A stretch of 64,000 nt of DNA from Paraspadella gotoi (GCA_051294375.1 CM119270.1:8111063-8175062); one strand, 5' to 3'. Positions 1 to 13,311 are shown, counted from the stretch's first letter. The notes: generated from the sequence alone by a model not told the origin. Numbers and translations: made by a program.

Positions 1-375
1 CGATCGGCGTCATCGACGCCGAAGCTCTCAGAGAATGATGACAAAATTATCGCATCACAGAGGATTCACGGCTTATATTTTGCTACACGATTGTTCTACA
101 GAAACATTCCAATTTTACCATAACAGTCCTCTCGAAACACACATTATAAATATACTACTCCGCAACATGAGGGACAAGAATGGGGATAACGACTCTAGCA
201 GACATTGTCGGATAAATATTCTTTTTTATGCGATAGTACGACGATGCTTGTAAGGAATCCTTACCAGCATTTTATTAATCGAATCTTCTCCGAGAGTTTC
301 CCATTCTTGCCGTCTTCGCGCCAACATCCTCCCCTCCGATACGACGTCCACCCATCGTCTACATAGAGGAAGAAA
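1..375 (+). pseudogene. Polinton/Maverick A32/FtsK-like DNA packaging ATPase, C-terminal part
   Basis: Across frames: MTKLSHHRGFTAYILL (38-85), ILLRNMRDK, YDDACK (237-254), RLRANILPSD (311-340), IVYI. These match the remembered family pattern FTKxSHHRN...LFKNPRD...YxDAT...RLRTNIFP...VY. Multiple frameshifts. Confidence 0.75.
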
Positions 376-403
376 TCCGAAAATAAGGAAGAAAAAAAAG
401 AGA

Positions 404-735
404 AATGAAATTAAAAGAAATTTTCCCATTTTACGAATACATTGCCTCATAACTACTAGCAACAAAAAATTTTTAAATCAAAGAGGCGGACCCAAACATC
501 ATTAAAACCATTTGCGAAAATATTGTTTAATATAAGTCAGAGGCACAACATTTCACTAATCCCGAATCTCTACAGAAACTGAAAAAGTATAAAAAGGAAC
601 TTAAAATTCTTGTGCCGTAAGAAACCATCGACGAAATCTCGACGACGTTTCTGCAGAAAGTTCGCGGTTTGATATTAAATTCCGTTCTCTCCGCCTCATT
701 CCCACCCTCTCCCATTCAATATCTCTTAAAAAATA
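404..735 (+). pseudogene. Polinton/adintovirus small basic core protein (type normally ending in a QxGGFL adenain-like cleavage motif)
   Basis: IKRNFPILR, ADPNIIKTICE (486-518), QKLKKYKKELKIL (573-611), then LQK..GLILNSVLS. This resembles the 'LIKAICE..LN..KLKKYK..LR.L..QxGGFL' ORF that follows the ATPase in many Polintons. The GG motif itself is corrupted. Confidence 0.6.
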
Positions 736-738
736 ATC

Positions 739-1790
739 ATGAGTCCTTCAAAAAATGTTAACAATGTTGACGGAGGAACAAACATAGATTTTTAAAAACA
801 CCGAAAAAGCGGGACTACTGCCACCGGGAGACGCCGGAATTATTATGCAAAAAATATATAAAAAATCCATAGAAGATAAAAATATTGGAAAAAAAAAATG
901 AAGAGAATAGAACTGGACTAATTGGGGGAACGCAATAGACCCATCATTCGTCGACCCCTGATCGATACTGGGTTTTAAACGGGAACAGAGTCGCTCCGGA
1001 GCCCGGAGAGACCCGCCACGGCCCGCCCAGAGGAAGCCAGAGAAGCGGAAGCGGCGCGACAGCGAGCGCCCCACCAGCCGTTAAGACCCAAACAAGTAAG
1101 AGACGTCGCGAAAATAATATCGCAAACATTAGCGCCTATATACGATCTAAGGGTAAGGTACTTACGCAGACTCAATTCCAAATTTCACTATAAACAGATA
1201 CAAAATAATCGTGAACCGGAACGCCTTAACCAGGAGAAACAAAGAGATCGTCGACGACTCTGTCTAGAGCGAGAAAGAGCCTGACTCACCCAGTAAACGA
1301 TTGCTGAACAACCATAGTAGAACAGATCCTAAACGAAAGATTTTATTTAATAACATACGAAGCGAAACAAATTTTAACAGACGCTTTGCGAGTGAAGAGC
1401 GGAAGAAATTGCAGCCACCGAGCCCGTCGTCCCCTACCCGCGCCCAGAAATCCAGATTCCGCAGCTACCGTTTTTAACGCCGGGCGGCGCCAAGAGACGA
1501 AGATAGCGATCCCGACACTCCATTTAAAGAGTTGCCCGTAATACCGGCTACATACTCCGAAGAGTCCCTTCGAAGAAACCATCGGACAAAAATCGGACAG
1601 CATGGAAAAGGAAAAAATCCAGAAAGGGAAAGAAGGAAAGGAAAAAGCCACAAAGAGGAAGCGGGGAAAAAAACGCAGAGAGGAAGCGGGGAAAGAAGAA
1701 AAATTCAACCGGGAGGCAGAACTCAGACAAAAAATGGGAAAAATTATTTTTAATGAGAAAGCTTCGCAAGAATTATTACGCAACCAAAAG
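739..1790 (+). pseudogene. Unassigned Maverick ORF(s) between core protein and integrase; K/E-rich at the 3' end
   Basis: Position between recognisable Maverick genes. Weak GTNID...PPG...GLIG pattern (772-935) and a purine-rich K/E frame (1602-1790). Assignment is mainly by context. Confidence 0.3.
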
Positions 1791-2905
1791 AAGTGGGGAG
1801 ATATTCCAACTTGAAGACCCCTTCACGATCGATTGAAGGAGGAGGAAAAAAGTACCAACAGACAGGGTCCTTTAGCAGTGAAGTTCGCGGTGGTTTTACC
1901 TCAACCGACATATTCGCTACATAAACCCAGGAGAATAAAATTCGAAAGATCGAACCATGAAGAAGCTTTACGTGAACGTACACGTGAACGCCGATCTCCG
2001 TCTCTCTCATAGAAAATCCAAATTTAATTCGAGTGTCCGATCATTACTTCATTCTTTGCTGCGTGGACTCTTTCTCTCGTCGCGCCAATGTGCCGACCCC
2101 CCAAGTTTCCAGCCGCAAGACGACGGTGAATATGAAGACGGCCTTCACTCATAATTCAAGAGCGGGGGAGACGCCCAGAACCTGACGAGTGACCAGGGGA
2201 CAGAGTTTACAGATGTACGAGTCTGAAAGATTATTTCAGAAGAGAACATGATTAATTATTCAAACCAAAACTCTAAAAACGTTCATGTGCGAAAGATTCA
2301 TAAGACCTGGAGGGAGCCATTCATAAATATTTTCAACCGCCCGAACAGACCCTCAGATGTTTTCGCCGTCTTAGCAACGCTGGTGGAAAGCTTACAACGC
2401 CAACTCCGACTCCGACCCTAATCTTAAGTTGAGCCCCGAACGAACATATATTTTCTGCGACAGCAACATAATACGTGCCATGTCGTACAAGAAGCGAGAG
2501 AGACTGAAGAGAGAGAAATAACAAAAACAAAAAACTCAAGTTTGAGCGTTGGGGTTTTGTCAGGGTAATCAAGGGACCGATCCTGGCAAATTTTACCGCG
2601 GTTACTACCCAGCGTTCAGCGTCGATATCAATAAAATAAGAGAGTCGTTTCCAGCGTTCTCCAACGTACAAGGTTGGAAGATAAGATACGATCTTATTAC
2701 GAGCAGGAACTGCAGCTTGGTCTTAAAAGGAGATGAATTTGGAACAAAAAGGGATTCAATACTATCTCAAAAGGAAAGGAGAAAGTCGGTGGAAAACCCT
2801 AGAGAAATAAATCGGTAATTGGCAAGGAAACAATATAACGTTAAATCGGTTTTGGACCCGAACCTTTCCCTCTGGTCAACGAAAAGGATACCAGAATTTC
2901 AATCA
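1790..2905 (+). pseudogene. Maverick/Polinton retroviral-like (rve, DDE) integrase with C-terminal chromodomain
   Basis: In order: QPTYSLHKPRRIKF (from 1902), ADL, YFILCCVDSFSRRA (2045-2086), SDQGTEF (2188-2208), MCERFIR (2285-2305), FYRGYYPAFS (2591-2620), YYEQELQL (2695-2718), QYNVK..GFGPE..VNEKD (2831-2890). All three catalytic D-D-E positions are retained; frames are broken by indels. Confidence 0.88.
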
Positions 2906-2911
2906 AGAAAC

Positions 2912-3720
2912 ATGGAGTTCTCAGTGGAGGTGATATCCGATAGTTGCACCGCCTTGTTCAACGGAGAATAAGCATCGTCCTTCGTCAAATCGACTCCCGC
3001 ACCCTTTATACCTGGACGAGCACTACTGGTCGATTTATCAGAAATTTCGCCTTCGTCAAAGAAATTCGGAACGTGGACGCCAATATTTTGGCAAATTTTT
3101 GATTTTTTGGTCCGAGGACAAAAAAAATAGTCTCCGGTTTTCTACGGCAAGTACGTTTATTTTTTAGAGGCAGAGATCGAAAGCGGTTATTACGATTTCT
3201 TCGAACATTTAATATCGCTTTGTTAATTCACGTTATATGGCAAGCACGTCCAGCGGTTGAAGGGTATCAACTTTTCAACTTTCGACCCGATAAGTAATTT
3301 GTTTTGGGTTTTCATTACAAAAAGGAATATTATTTTTACTTAAAAATTCATCATAAATTATGTCTGGTTACTGGGCGTTCCATGTCCACGGAAGAGGATA
3401 CGAGACAGCTTTTCACACCTTTAGGATCGCCAAGAAAGCGACTCCTTCGAATACGAAACAGAGGACGTAAAATTATTAATAGAAGGTTTCAAAAAAAACA
3501 GGTCATTTCCGAGACGGCTTTGCCAGGGGCACGGATCATTTTTTATACAGAAGTCAGGTGCAACTTGATCGAGCCATTCGCCGTCCTTATTGCTCGCTCC
3601 AAGGACGTCATTTACGGGGACAAATTGACGAACATTTTACGAAGTGGTTCGCTTCAAAGGCAAGGCTTAACGAAGGACAGTACTCAGTTATCCTTTTCCA
3701 GAAATCTCTCTGTCTCTCTC
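2912..3720 (+). pseudogene. Polinton minor capsid protein (penton, single jelly-roll), 3'-truncated
   Basis: ATG at 2912: MEFSVEVISDSCTALF..NKxSSFxNRLPHPLYLDEHY..LSEIS, resembling FYVTLPSNSS..FP.N..S.F...LP..L.L...WEV.L.EI. Later CNLIEP...YGDKLTNILR, resembling SDIVEPQIVGD...PLLR. Confidence 0.75.
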
Positions 3721-4889
3721 TCAGCGGGGGAGAGAAACGTGAGGGTGGACGAGGGGGAACGATTCCCTTCAGAGGAGGGAGAGGGAGAGAGCGGCAAAGA
3801 GAGATGCGGGTAGTAAATATCTGAAAAGGGATTGGGAGGTGAAGAAGGAGAAAAAGAATTAGGATTCTGAGGCCCGCTGGTAAGGAGGGTAAGTTAAGCT
3901 GGAATTGGAATTGGATACCTTCGAAGAGAGACGAGAAAAATTGATGTCGAGCAGAAGAAAAAGGTGTAATGTTCTTTTATTACATCAAAATACGATCGTA
4001 TGGCTACGTTATTATTATATTAAGAAAATGAAAAGATTTAAAGAAGCAATGGGTAAGGGGAGGACTGGGGTCCGGAGGGTAGGAAGGAAACTGCCCCGTC
4101 GTATAAACACGGAAGCTGATGCTGTAGAGGAGGGTAGAATCGGGGGAAGGGAGATTATGTCGGTTCAGTATACAGCAGCGCAGCGGCTGGCAAAGCAGGA
4201 AGCTGAGCCGGTTGCGGTATCGGCTGCAGTATCGGCTTCGGTATCGGCGACGGCCGCGGCAGCGGAGCCGGCAGCGCAGCCGGCAGCGGAGCCGGGTCCA
4301 CGTCCCGGGCCGAGAGATAATCTTCGCTCGGGGCGAAAACTGGGCAGTTGAGGAAGAGGGGGAGGAAGAAAAGAGGAGGAGGAGGAGGAGGAGGAGATGT
4401 GGTTAGAGGAGGAGAAGGGAGGGAGGTGGAGAAGAGGACGAAGGTGGGGAAGGGGTCAGGAAAAAAAGGAACAATTTGAGACCCAAGTTAATCAAGGATC
4501 AGATTATTGTCAAGAACGACAAAAATAATAAACTATACATTATGTGAAATAATAAAACTAAAAGATTTCATACTTTGTAAACAAAATTAGTCGTGTTACA
4601 CATTTTAGTGGGAATTCTTTTCACTCAAATGAATTTTATCTTAATGATTTCCTCTTTTGTTTATATTCTGACAATCCGTTGCCTGACGAATTCTTCGAAA
4701 CTCTTCTAGCGGCCGATGAACAAAACAAACGAAAAAAAAAAGAACAACAAATGGGAACAAAAGAGAATCGCGAAGAAAGAAAGGGAGAGAAAAGAAGGAG
4801 AAGGAGATTGAAAAAAAAGTGAGGGGCAGGGATTTGAGGCGGATATCAGGGGGATCAGAAAAAAAATAATAGAAAAATTGCGGAAAAGA

Positions 4890-4968
<79 letters not shown>

Positions 4969-5465
4969 AGAGGACCATTCGAAAAATTTGAAAAGAAGGT
5001 TTACGGGGATTAAATAATTTGTCATTCGACATGTCGCTATTTTTAGATCGTGTGACGAATCCAACTCGATTCCGTGTTGTTCCAAATATAAAAAAAGAAA
5101 AAAAGTAAACAAATTTCTGATTCAATTCGACGAATTTGGTGCCACGGTTTCTCGGCGTCTCTCCGGAGGACCCAGCGGTCCGTCCTCGAGAAAAAAAAAA
5201 CTGACTGAATGAAAAAAAAAAAAGTGAAGGAAATGAAAAGTTTGCTGACGATTATCGAAAATCGTCCAGGGATGACTTTTGGGATTTGAAGAATGTAGCG
5301 GAGTGAAAAGAAAATATCTCCTCTCGTTTGCAGAGCGTTTGCCGAGAATAGCGNNNNNNNNNNNNNNNNNNNNNNNNNAGAACCCAGCGATAACTCTTTT
5401 TTTTTGGTGGATAAGGGAGAAATGGCAGAGCGGGGGGGGGAAGTGGGTGAGAACGGTGAGGAGCC

Positions 5466-5731
5466 AGTATAAAGTTTTGTTTGATCACGAATAAGTGAGA
5501 GACAGATGTTTCGTTCCACTTTTTCCTCATCGTGAACCGCGTGTAAAACTCTCTCCATTTACAAATATCATTCGTGGAATTCATTTCATAACTGCAAGAC
5601 ATTAGTTTGAAAACTAGTAAAAGTTAAACATTAGGAACGGTAAAATTTTGTTTTACTAATTAAAATAATAATAAATAACTAAATTTAAAAAATAAATAAA
5701 TAACTAAATTTAAAAAATAAATACATTAAAA

Positions 5732-5767
<36 letters not shown>

Positions 5768-6747
5768 AAATAAAAAATAAATAAATAATAAAAAATAAAA
5801 AAATAAAAATAAAAAATAATAAAAAAAATAAATAAAAAAAAAAATCAAAAATACAAAATAATGAAATAAATAAATAATAAATTTAAATAAATTATAATTA
5901 ATTATTTTAAAATAAATAAATATAGCAAACAAAGATTCTCCGAAAATAATTCTTTTTCGCATTGTACGAATCCGATACACCGTTCTCTTTTATCACCGTT
6001 CCCTTTTTTTTCGCTCATCTCTCTTAAAGTAAATGTCGACAAACGAATAATATTAAAAAAAAACGAGAGCTGTCACGCCGTTACCTCAAGATGTACAGAG
6101 ACATCAATGTCTGTTTAAATTCAGCGGCTACGAAATGACACCTAATTGTCAATTCAATGACGAATCAACGACATTAACAAATCTATTATGAACGTCACCG
6201 CGCAATATATATTCAAACTCTCCATTCGACTTCGTTCGAACGTCAATTTTTTTTCTTCCCAAATTAGTGCAGCTTGCGAGTTAGTCATCTGGTTCCCCAC
6301 CCTCCGCTCGAAAGTAATCTTACATTAAATACATTAAATTAGATTAGATTAGATTAACTCATTCTAAGATCGTGATTGAAGGCGAGAGACGCATAAGTTT
6401 CGTTATTAAATGAAACGTAACCGGATTAAGTGAAAATTTATTTAATATATGACGCTGAACCATGTCTTGACGTCCTAGAACTGTCACACTTATTATTTTA
6501 TGGCGGTGTAAGTTAAAAGTTAGTGTGAAGATTTAAATTCTTGCGGGGAGAGTGAATGAATGTGCTGAGCGTTCCTAGCTATACAACATGAATATTTTTT
6601 AATTAGTGCATTTCATTAAGACTTATAACAAATGGAAAAATGGCTGATTCAGTAGATGTTACTGCAACTTCCTTTAGGACATAGATTATTTACAGTGAGG
6701 GCGAATATCCTTGTTTTTTTTTCTCCCGATACGTACGTTTTCTAGGC
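5466..6747. repeat. ~1.3-kb direct duplication, copy 1 (contains AAAT microsatellite ~5665-5920)
   Basis: AGTATAAAGTTTTGTTTGATCACGAATAAG...TTTTCTAGGC recurs at 7126-8346. This copy accumulates insertions after ~6400. Confidence 0.95.
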
Positions 6748-6846
6748 GATAAGGAGAAGAGAGAGAGAAGAGTGGAGAGGAGTAGAGGAAGGAGAAGAGG
6801 AGAAGAGAGAGACGAGGAGGGAAGAGACAGAGAAACGAGAGATGAG

Positions 6847-6912
<66 letters not shown>

Positions 6913-7125
6913 GAAGAAGAGACGTAAGAGAGAGAGAGGAGACGAGACGATGATAGAGAGAGAAGGAACGAGAGAGAGAGAGAAGCATTAATTCGAGATA
7001 GAGGAATGATGTGAATGTGTAGTGAAAGGTCAAGTTGAATGTCCAGCCGCGATTGAGTCACAAAGTAGAAAGAGAGAGGACATGTAGTGTAAACCAAGAA
7101 GAACGGTGCAAAAGGGATTAAAAGA

Positions 7126-7386
7126 AGTATAAAGTTTTGTTGATCACGAATAAGTGAGAGACAGATGTTTCGTTCCACTTTTTCCTCATCGTCGAACCGC
7201 GTGTAAAACTCTCTCATTTACAAATATCATTCGTGGAATTCATTTCATAACTGCAAGGACATTAGTTTGAAACTAGTAAAAGTTAAACATTAGGAACGGT
7301 AAAATTTTGTTTTACTAATTAAAATAATAATAAATAACTAAATTTAAAAAAATAAATAAATAACTAAATTTAAATAAATAAATACA

Positions 7387-7422
<36 letters not shown>

Positions 7423-8346
7423 ANNNNNNNNNNNNNNNNNNNATAAATAAATAAATAAATAAATAAATAAAAAAATAAAAAATAAAAAATAATAAAAAAA
7501 AATAAATAAAAAAAAATACAAAAATACAAAAATAATGAAATAAATAAATAATAAATTTAAATAAATTAATTAATTAATTATTTTAAATAAATAAATATAG
7601 CAAACAAAGATTCTCCGAAAATAATTCTTTTTCGCATTGTACCGAATCCGATACACCGTTGCTCTTTTATCACCGTTCCCTTTTTTTTCGCTCATCTCTC
7701 TTAAAGTAAATGTCGACAAAACGAATTTAAAAAAAAACGAAGCTGTCACGCCCGTTACCTCAAGATGTACAGAGACATCAATGTCTGTTTAAATTCAGCG
7801 GCTACGAAATGACACCTAATTGTCAATTCAATGACGAATCAACGACATTAACAAATCTATTATGAACGTCACCGCGCAATATATATTCAAACTCTCCATT
7901 CGACTTCGTTCGAACGTCAATTTTTTTTTCTTCCCAAATTAGTGCAGCTTGCGAGTTAGTCATCTGGTTCCCACCCTCCGCTCGAAAGTAATCTTACATT
8001 AAATACATTAAATTAGATTAGATTAGATTAACTCATTCTAAGACTCGTGATTGAAGGCGAGAGACGATAAGTTCGTTATTAAATGAAACGTAACCGGATT
8101 AAGTGAAAATTTATTTAATATATACGTGTGTGACGTCAGACTTGTCAACCATTATTATGGGTGTGTAAAAGTATGAATATTGCGGAGAAGTGTGCTGCGT
8201 TCCTATGTATACAACATAATATTTTTTTATTATTTCATTAAGCTTATAACCTAAGGGAAAAAGCGGTGTTTACTGCATCTTTTAGGACATAACTTATTTC
8301 GAGGGCATATCCTTGTTTTTTTTTCTCCCAAACGAGTTTTCTAGGC
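7126..8346. repeat. ~1.2-kb direct duplication, copy 2
   Basis: Near-identical to 5466-6747; has an N gap inside its AAAT tract (7424-7442). Confidence 0.95.
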
Positions 8347-11300
8347 ATGGTTAACGATCTATCTCTCCTAATTGTCCCTAGTCTCATTAAATACGTAATA
8401 AGAACGAAAATATCATTTTATATCGATTCTTTATTTTTCTAATCCAAAGAATAAAATTCGTTTCGCGACCGGGTTCGAACTCCGGACGTTCGAACGATCG
8501 TTTACCTTCTTATCCGAAATTTTTTTTTTCTTTCGGAAAATCCGAGAAACCTCACAGAGGATAATTGGGTCGAGGGCATTTATGCTAATTAGGTTTCTGT
8601 CGCGAATCGATTTCCCTACTTAAGACCTACTATGGATCAGTAAGTATTTTTGTACAACGTGCGTTAATTAGGTGTAAGGGTTTTTTGTACATTCTAGTTT
8701 CGACTTTTGATTTAATCTTGGACAGAGATAGAATAGTCTGGCCAAAAATCGGGTTTTTTTTCTCTTTTTTTTCCGAGTGTGGGGGAAGCGAGCGGTCTGA
8801 CGGGAAATGAATCATTCCGATTTCCTTATTAGACATTGTATTATCTTCCGGACCACCTATTTTACCATTAAATAAATATTTAAAAGAATTATGTACATTC
8901 CGATCGGAGAATTTATTATTCGCATGTTCAAGCTTTAACGGAGTACAATAAATTACATCTCGAGTGTTCCGATTTCAGGTCGACTTCAATTCAGATAAGA
9001 AAGTCGTAAAGGAATTCTTAGGTCAGTCACCAGTGTTCGAAGTCTATGAGATTAAAAAAACCTTATTGGGTAATAACCACTGATTGACTTTTACCGCTGA
9101 AAATGACGTAAATCGCCATCACATTTCCGTGCTTTTTTGATTACTATAAAGTTTATGAATATCTGACCAAAAAATCCCACGCTCTTCATTGAAGATAATG
9201 CGTGAGACACAACTACTTTTTGTATTTAAATGTTCAACAATTATTAACCTGAATTCTTGATCATAATTTCCCTCCAACGACAAACAGTTTTCCACCAAAA
9301 AATCAACTTTATTATCTCTTTTGCTCGGAACGAAATGTTTAAGTAGAAGAACTCCAGAAAGAAAGGTCCTCGGTTCGATCCTCACTTACTGACTCGTGGG
9401 TCTTTTGAATGAGGAAAGCCCTCCCCAGACGATGAAAAGTAGAGGACGTTTCACCGTAAATTTCAATGCTTTATTTGACAAATTGCAATCCCTAAAAATT
9501 TTTTTCTGATTCTTCTCAGTTTTCACTACATTTTTCTATTTTTTTTTCTTCTGACTGTAACACGACTCATTTTGGAGGGAATAAACGGTTAACCGGTATG
9601 TTGCTCTTTAAAAGGTTGAACTTTTTAAAGAGAGAGAGAGAGAGAGAGAGAGCCATTTCTTCATTTTATTTCCCTTGTCGAGATGTTTTTATTATTCTTT
9701 TTTACAAAAAAAAAAAAAAAAAAAATAAAATTAAAAAAAAAAAAAAAAACAGTTCTAATACGTAAAGAATGTAAGTTAAGTAGAAAAGTTCCACGGCTAT
9801 TAATCTTAAAACGTTAAGAAGAAAGATCAATTGAACAAGTCATAAATTATTACTCCAATGATGAGCTTGGAAATTTATAGCAATTCCGTTTTGACTCTGT
9901 CCTTCCTTTTATCTCTTCTGGCTGGTTTCTTTTATTTAATCTCTTCTCTCTCTCCTCGCTCTCTCTTTCTCTCTTTCTCTCTCTCTCTCTCTTCTTCTCT
10001 CTCTCTTCTCTCTCTCTCTCTCTCTCTTCTGTGTTTTACTTTACTCTATCTCTCTCTTGCGTTCGTTCTCTCCCGTTTTTCATCAAGCACCAGGAAAAAT
10101 ATACATTTTTTGTAGGTCGGGGTCGGGTACAAGCAATACTCATCCTGGCTCCACTTTAATTATATTTTCAAAAAAGTTGAAAGAATTAAGTGAAAGAAAT
10201 TGTGAAGCAAAACTTAGTGGGAAGTCTCCGTTTTTTTGTGTTTTTTTTTTGAAGAAAAATTTGGTGGAAAGCGATGACGAAAGAAGAGCAATATTGATCC
10301 AAAGAAAATGTGAAAGGAAAGAAATTAAAAAAGAAGAAAAGTTTAATCCATCCCAAAGAGAGGAAACCTAAGTTTTGGTGGGGTGGGGGGTTGTGTTGGA
10401 GAAAGATACGTGACTTTCAACATCTAATTTGTCAAATAAATGAATGACTCATTGGTTCCATGTCAACGTTCACTCTGTCCATAAGTCCGTCTTCCGTCTT
10501 TTACCGCTCATAAAATTTGAAAAAAAATCGATTCACTGCCTCTTCGTTATTCTTCCTCTCTCTTGTTCTATTATCTTATTTTGTTCTCTTTATTAGCTTG
10601 GAATCGAGTCAAAGAAATCATTTAAACCACTCTGAGATTGCTCTGACACCCATCTTCACCTCCCACGTATCTTACGCACCAACCCACCAACCACAACCCA
10701 CCCAACTAACCACCAACATGCCATCTCAACCCACCACCGAATTCGCCAAAGAATAGAGGCGACTTGATTTTTAATAAAAAATTGTATAAAACACTTGTGA
10801 TCGAAAAACTGGAAAGATAAGTTCTTTTTGGTGTCTCGCTAAATTTAGCGTCCAGAGTGGGTGTCGAAATAACCCAACGGCCAGAGTTATTATTAAATTT
10901 AATCTAGAAATTTAAAACCTTTATTTATAACGTTTTTTAAAAATGTTTTATTCGTACAAATTGCAAAAAATGACCGAAAAAAATGAGGAAACTGCTCTAT
11001 AATTAATTTTAATCCTAACATTTCCCATCGTCAACATATAGCTACCGTTGTATCCGGCTTTTGAAACACTGTTATTTCTTTATTCTCGCTCACTTCAAGA
11101 TCATTAGGTTTCTTGCCCGTCCTTACTTATTGTATTTCAGTGCTCACACTGTATTTAGTTCGTTTATTAGGACAGAGAGAGGACAAAAAAGGACAGAGAG
11201 ACGAAAGCAAGAAGAAGAATGAGAAAGATGCAGAGAAGATTGAAAGAGAGAAAGAGCAATTTCACCACTGATGTGCCATTTTGACAAGTTGGGTTTTTAG

Positions 11301-11812
11301 TTCGGTTTTATAGATTCTCGTATTATATCAAAGTTGATTTTTGCTTTGCAAAAATTGGGAAAATCAAACTAATACCTTTAGCGAATTACTTAAATTGTGT
11401 TACTGTATTTAAATGTCATTTCATTAATTCATTTCACGTGAATATTGGTTGACTTATTAATTTGTTTTCATTCTATCATTATCACTTAAATTTTTTCAAT
11501 TTTATCCGAATACGGCGTCTGTTCAATCTTCACTGTCTACTTCAGGAATAGAATGTACTGACAAACATCAATTACACTCTCTATCGTCAAAAACGTCTCC
11601 TAAACGAGAAAAAGAATTCTTCTTCCTCTCTCTCTCTCCTCTCTCTCTCTTCTCTCTCTCTCTCTTCCTCTCTCTCGCTTCTCTCTCTTCTCAGTTTCGA
11701 TAAGAAAAGTTCCTACCGACCGCCAGCCAAAGTTTCCATTGACGAAGCCGAATTGTGAGGAAAAAAATAAATAGAAAAGGAAGACAGGAGAGAGAGAGAA
11801 GAAAGTGAGGAG

Positions 11813-11850
<38 letters not shown>

Positions 11851-12484
11851 CGAGAGAGAGAGAGAGAGAGAGAGACTGAGAGAGAGAAGAGAGAGTCGAC
11901 GAGAGAGAGAGAGAGGCTCGTCATTTTGATCAATCTTGTGTAGAACTGTTTTACAAATAAGATAAATTTAGGGACAAGAAGGAAAAAGAGGAGAAAACGG
12001 AGGTTAACACTTAAAAGACATTGGATTCACTGAAGAGTCTCGCTCTCAATTGTCGCCCCAGAAAGACGTTAAAAATATATTTAGCCTCAGGTTTCCATTT
12101 TTTTTTTCTTCTTTTTTTCTTTTTTTTTTTTACAAACTTTTTTGTAAATATTTTATACTCTTTTACCTTTATTAGTTGTTTCCTTATAATATTACTAAAA
12201 AAAAGAATATTATATTGGGAGAAAAAATATAACGAGACAAAGAATAATACAATAAAATTATGGCATGGTTAAAGAGTGATTCCTATGAGAAATAGGGCAA
12301 AAAATGTGTGTTTGCAATAAAGGAACCACGGGCACAGGGATGTTCTCAGAACGCTGAAGAAGGGATGAAACAATGGGACGCCGGGTTATTGTGGTTTATC
12401 GGCAGGAGAAAAGGGAAAAGGGAGAAATGAAAAACAAAGACTGAGAAATGTACGTTATTTGTGTAGAAGAGAAAGAGGGAAGAG

Positions 12485-12525
<41 letters not shown>

Positions 12526-12847
12526 CGGAGAGAGAGAGAGAGATTCCAACGTTTTGGTTTCTCAATGTACCGGGCATTTTTTCCTCTTTTCTTTTAATCT
12601 CTTTCTCACCTTGAAGAGAAAAGGAACCCATAGCTGAGAGCAAGCCTCTTTTTTTTCACAAAAAACGTTGCGTGAAGGACCCTCTAGCTCATATTTTCGT
12701 GCATTCCTTTCATTCAGTGATGAATTTTAGAGTAATATTTTCCAATTATTGATAGAGACCACATTTTAAAAACATGGGTAATATAATTATTATTTTATTA
12801 AATGTTTCTATTTCTCCTCCTCTCCCCTCTCCTCCCTCTCTCTCTCT

Positions 12848-12880
<33 letters not shown>

Positions 12881-13268
12881 CCATATCCCTCCCACGAAGC
12901 GCCTCTCTCTCCTAGCGTCTCTCGCGACGTCCTTGACTTCGGGCGAAGAAAGCTCTTCAAGTATCACGTGACTCACAACTCCTGTTCGAGTGTTTAAAAA
13001 TCCGCGATCACTGACTTATCTCGGTCTTCACCGAGCTAATTGCTCGGCATAGCACGTTCTACACGACGAGTGATTTAAAAAATAATCCCGTCCCTATAAA
13101 ACATGTTTTAATTATTCAGTTCATCTTTACGTGTATAAATTTACAGTTAAATTATCCAGAGAGAGAGAAAAAGTAAGAGTGAGTGAGTGAGTGAGTGAGA
13201 GAGAGAGAAACTGAAAATTGGATTTACTGTGAATAAGAGAAAAAAAAAAGGAGAATGAGAAGAGAGAG

Positions 13269-13311
<43 letters not shown>

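Larger units (their letters stand above)
1..3720 (+). mobile_element. Maverick/Polinton (adintovirus-like) element, internal fragment, heavily frameshifted in this assembly
   Basis: Four co-oriented, collinear gene relics with motifs typical of Polinton ATPase, core protein, integrase and penton (see separate features). The element runs off the left edge. Penton similarity stops near 3720. No TIR, pPolB, major capsid or protease is visible in the window. Confidence 0.85.

Noticed and set aside
35-253. HNSPLETH read as a Ty3/gypsy integrase zinc-binding (HHCC) start
   Set aside because: The surrounding SHHR, LRNMRDK, YDDAC and RLRANILP motifs fit a Polinton packaging ATPase much better.
4683-4706. 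CTGACGA...GAAAC hammerhead-like words (also ~5245-5266)
   Set aside because: No stem II or stem III pairing can be formed.
9370-9385. Pol III B-box-like GGTTCGA motifs (also ~8470-8485 and ~38947-38962) as tRNA genes or SINEs
   Set aside because: No cloverleaf or convincing A box; too short to support a call.
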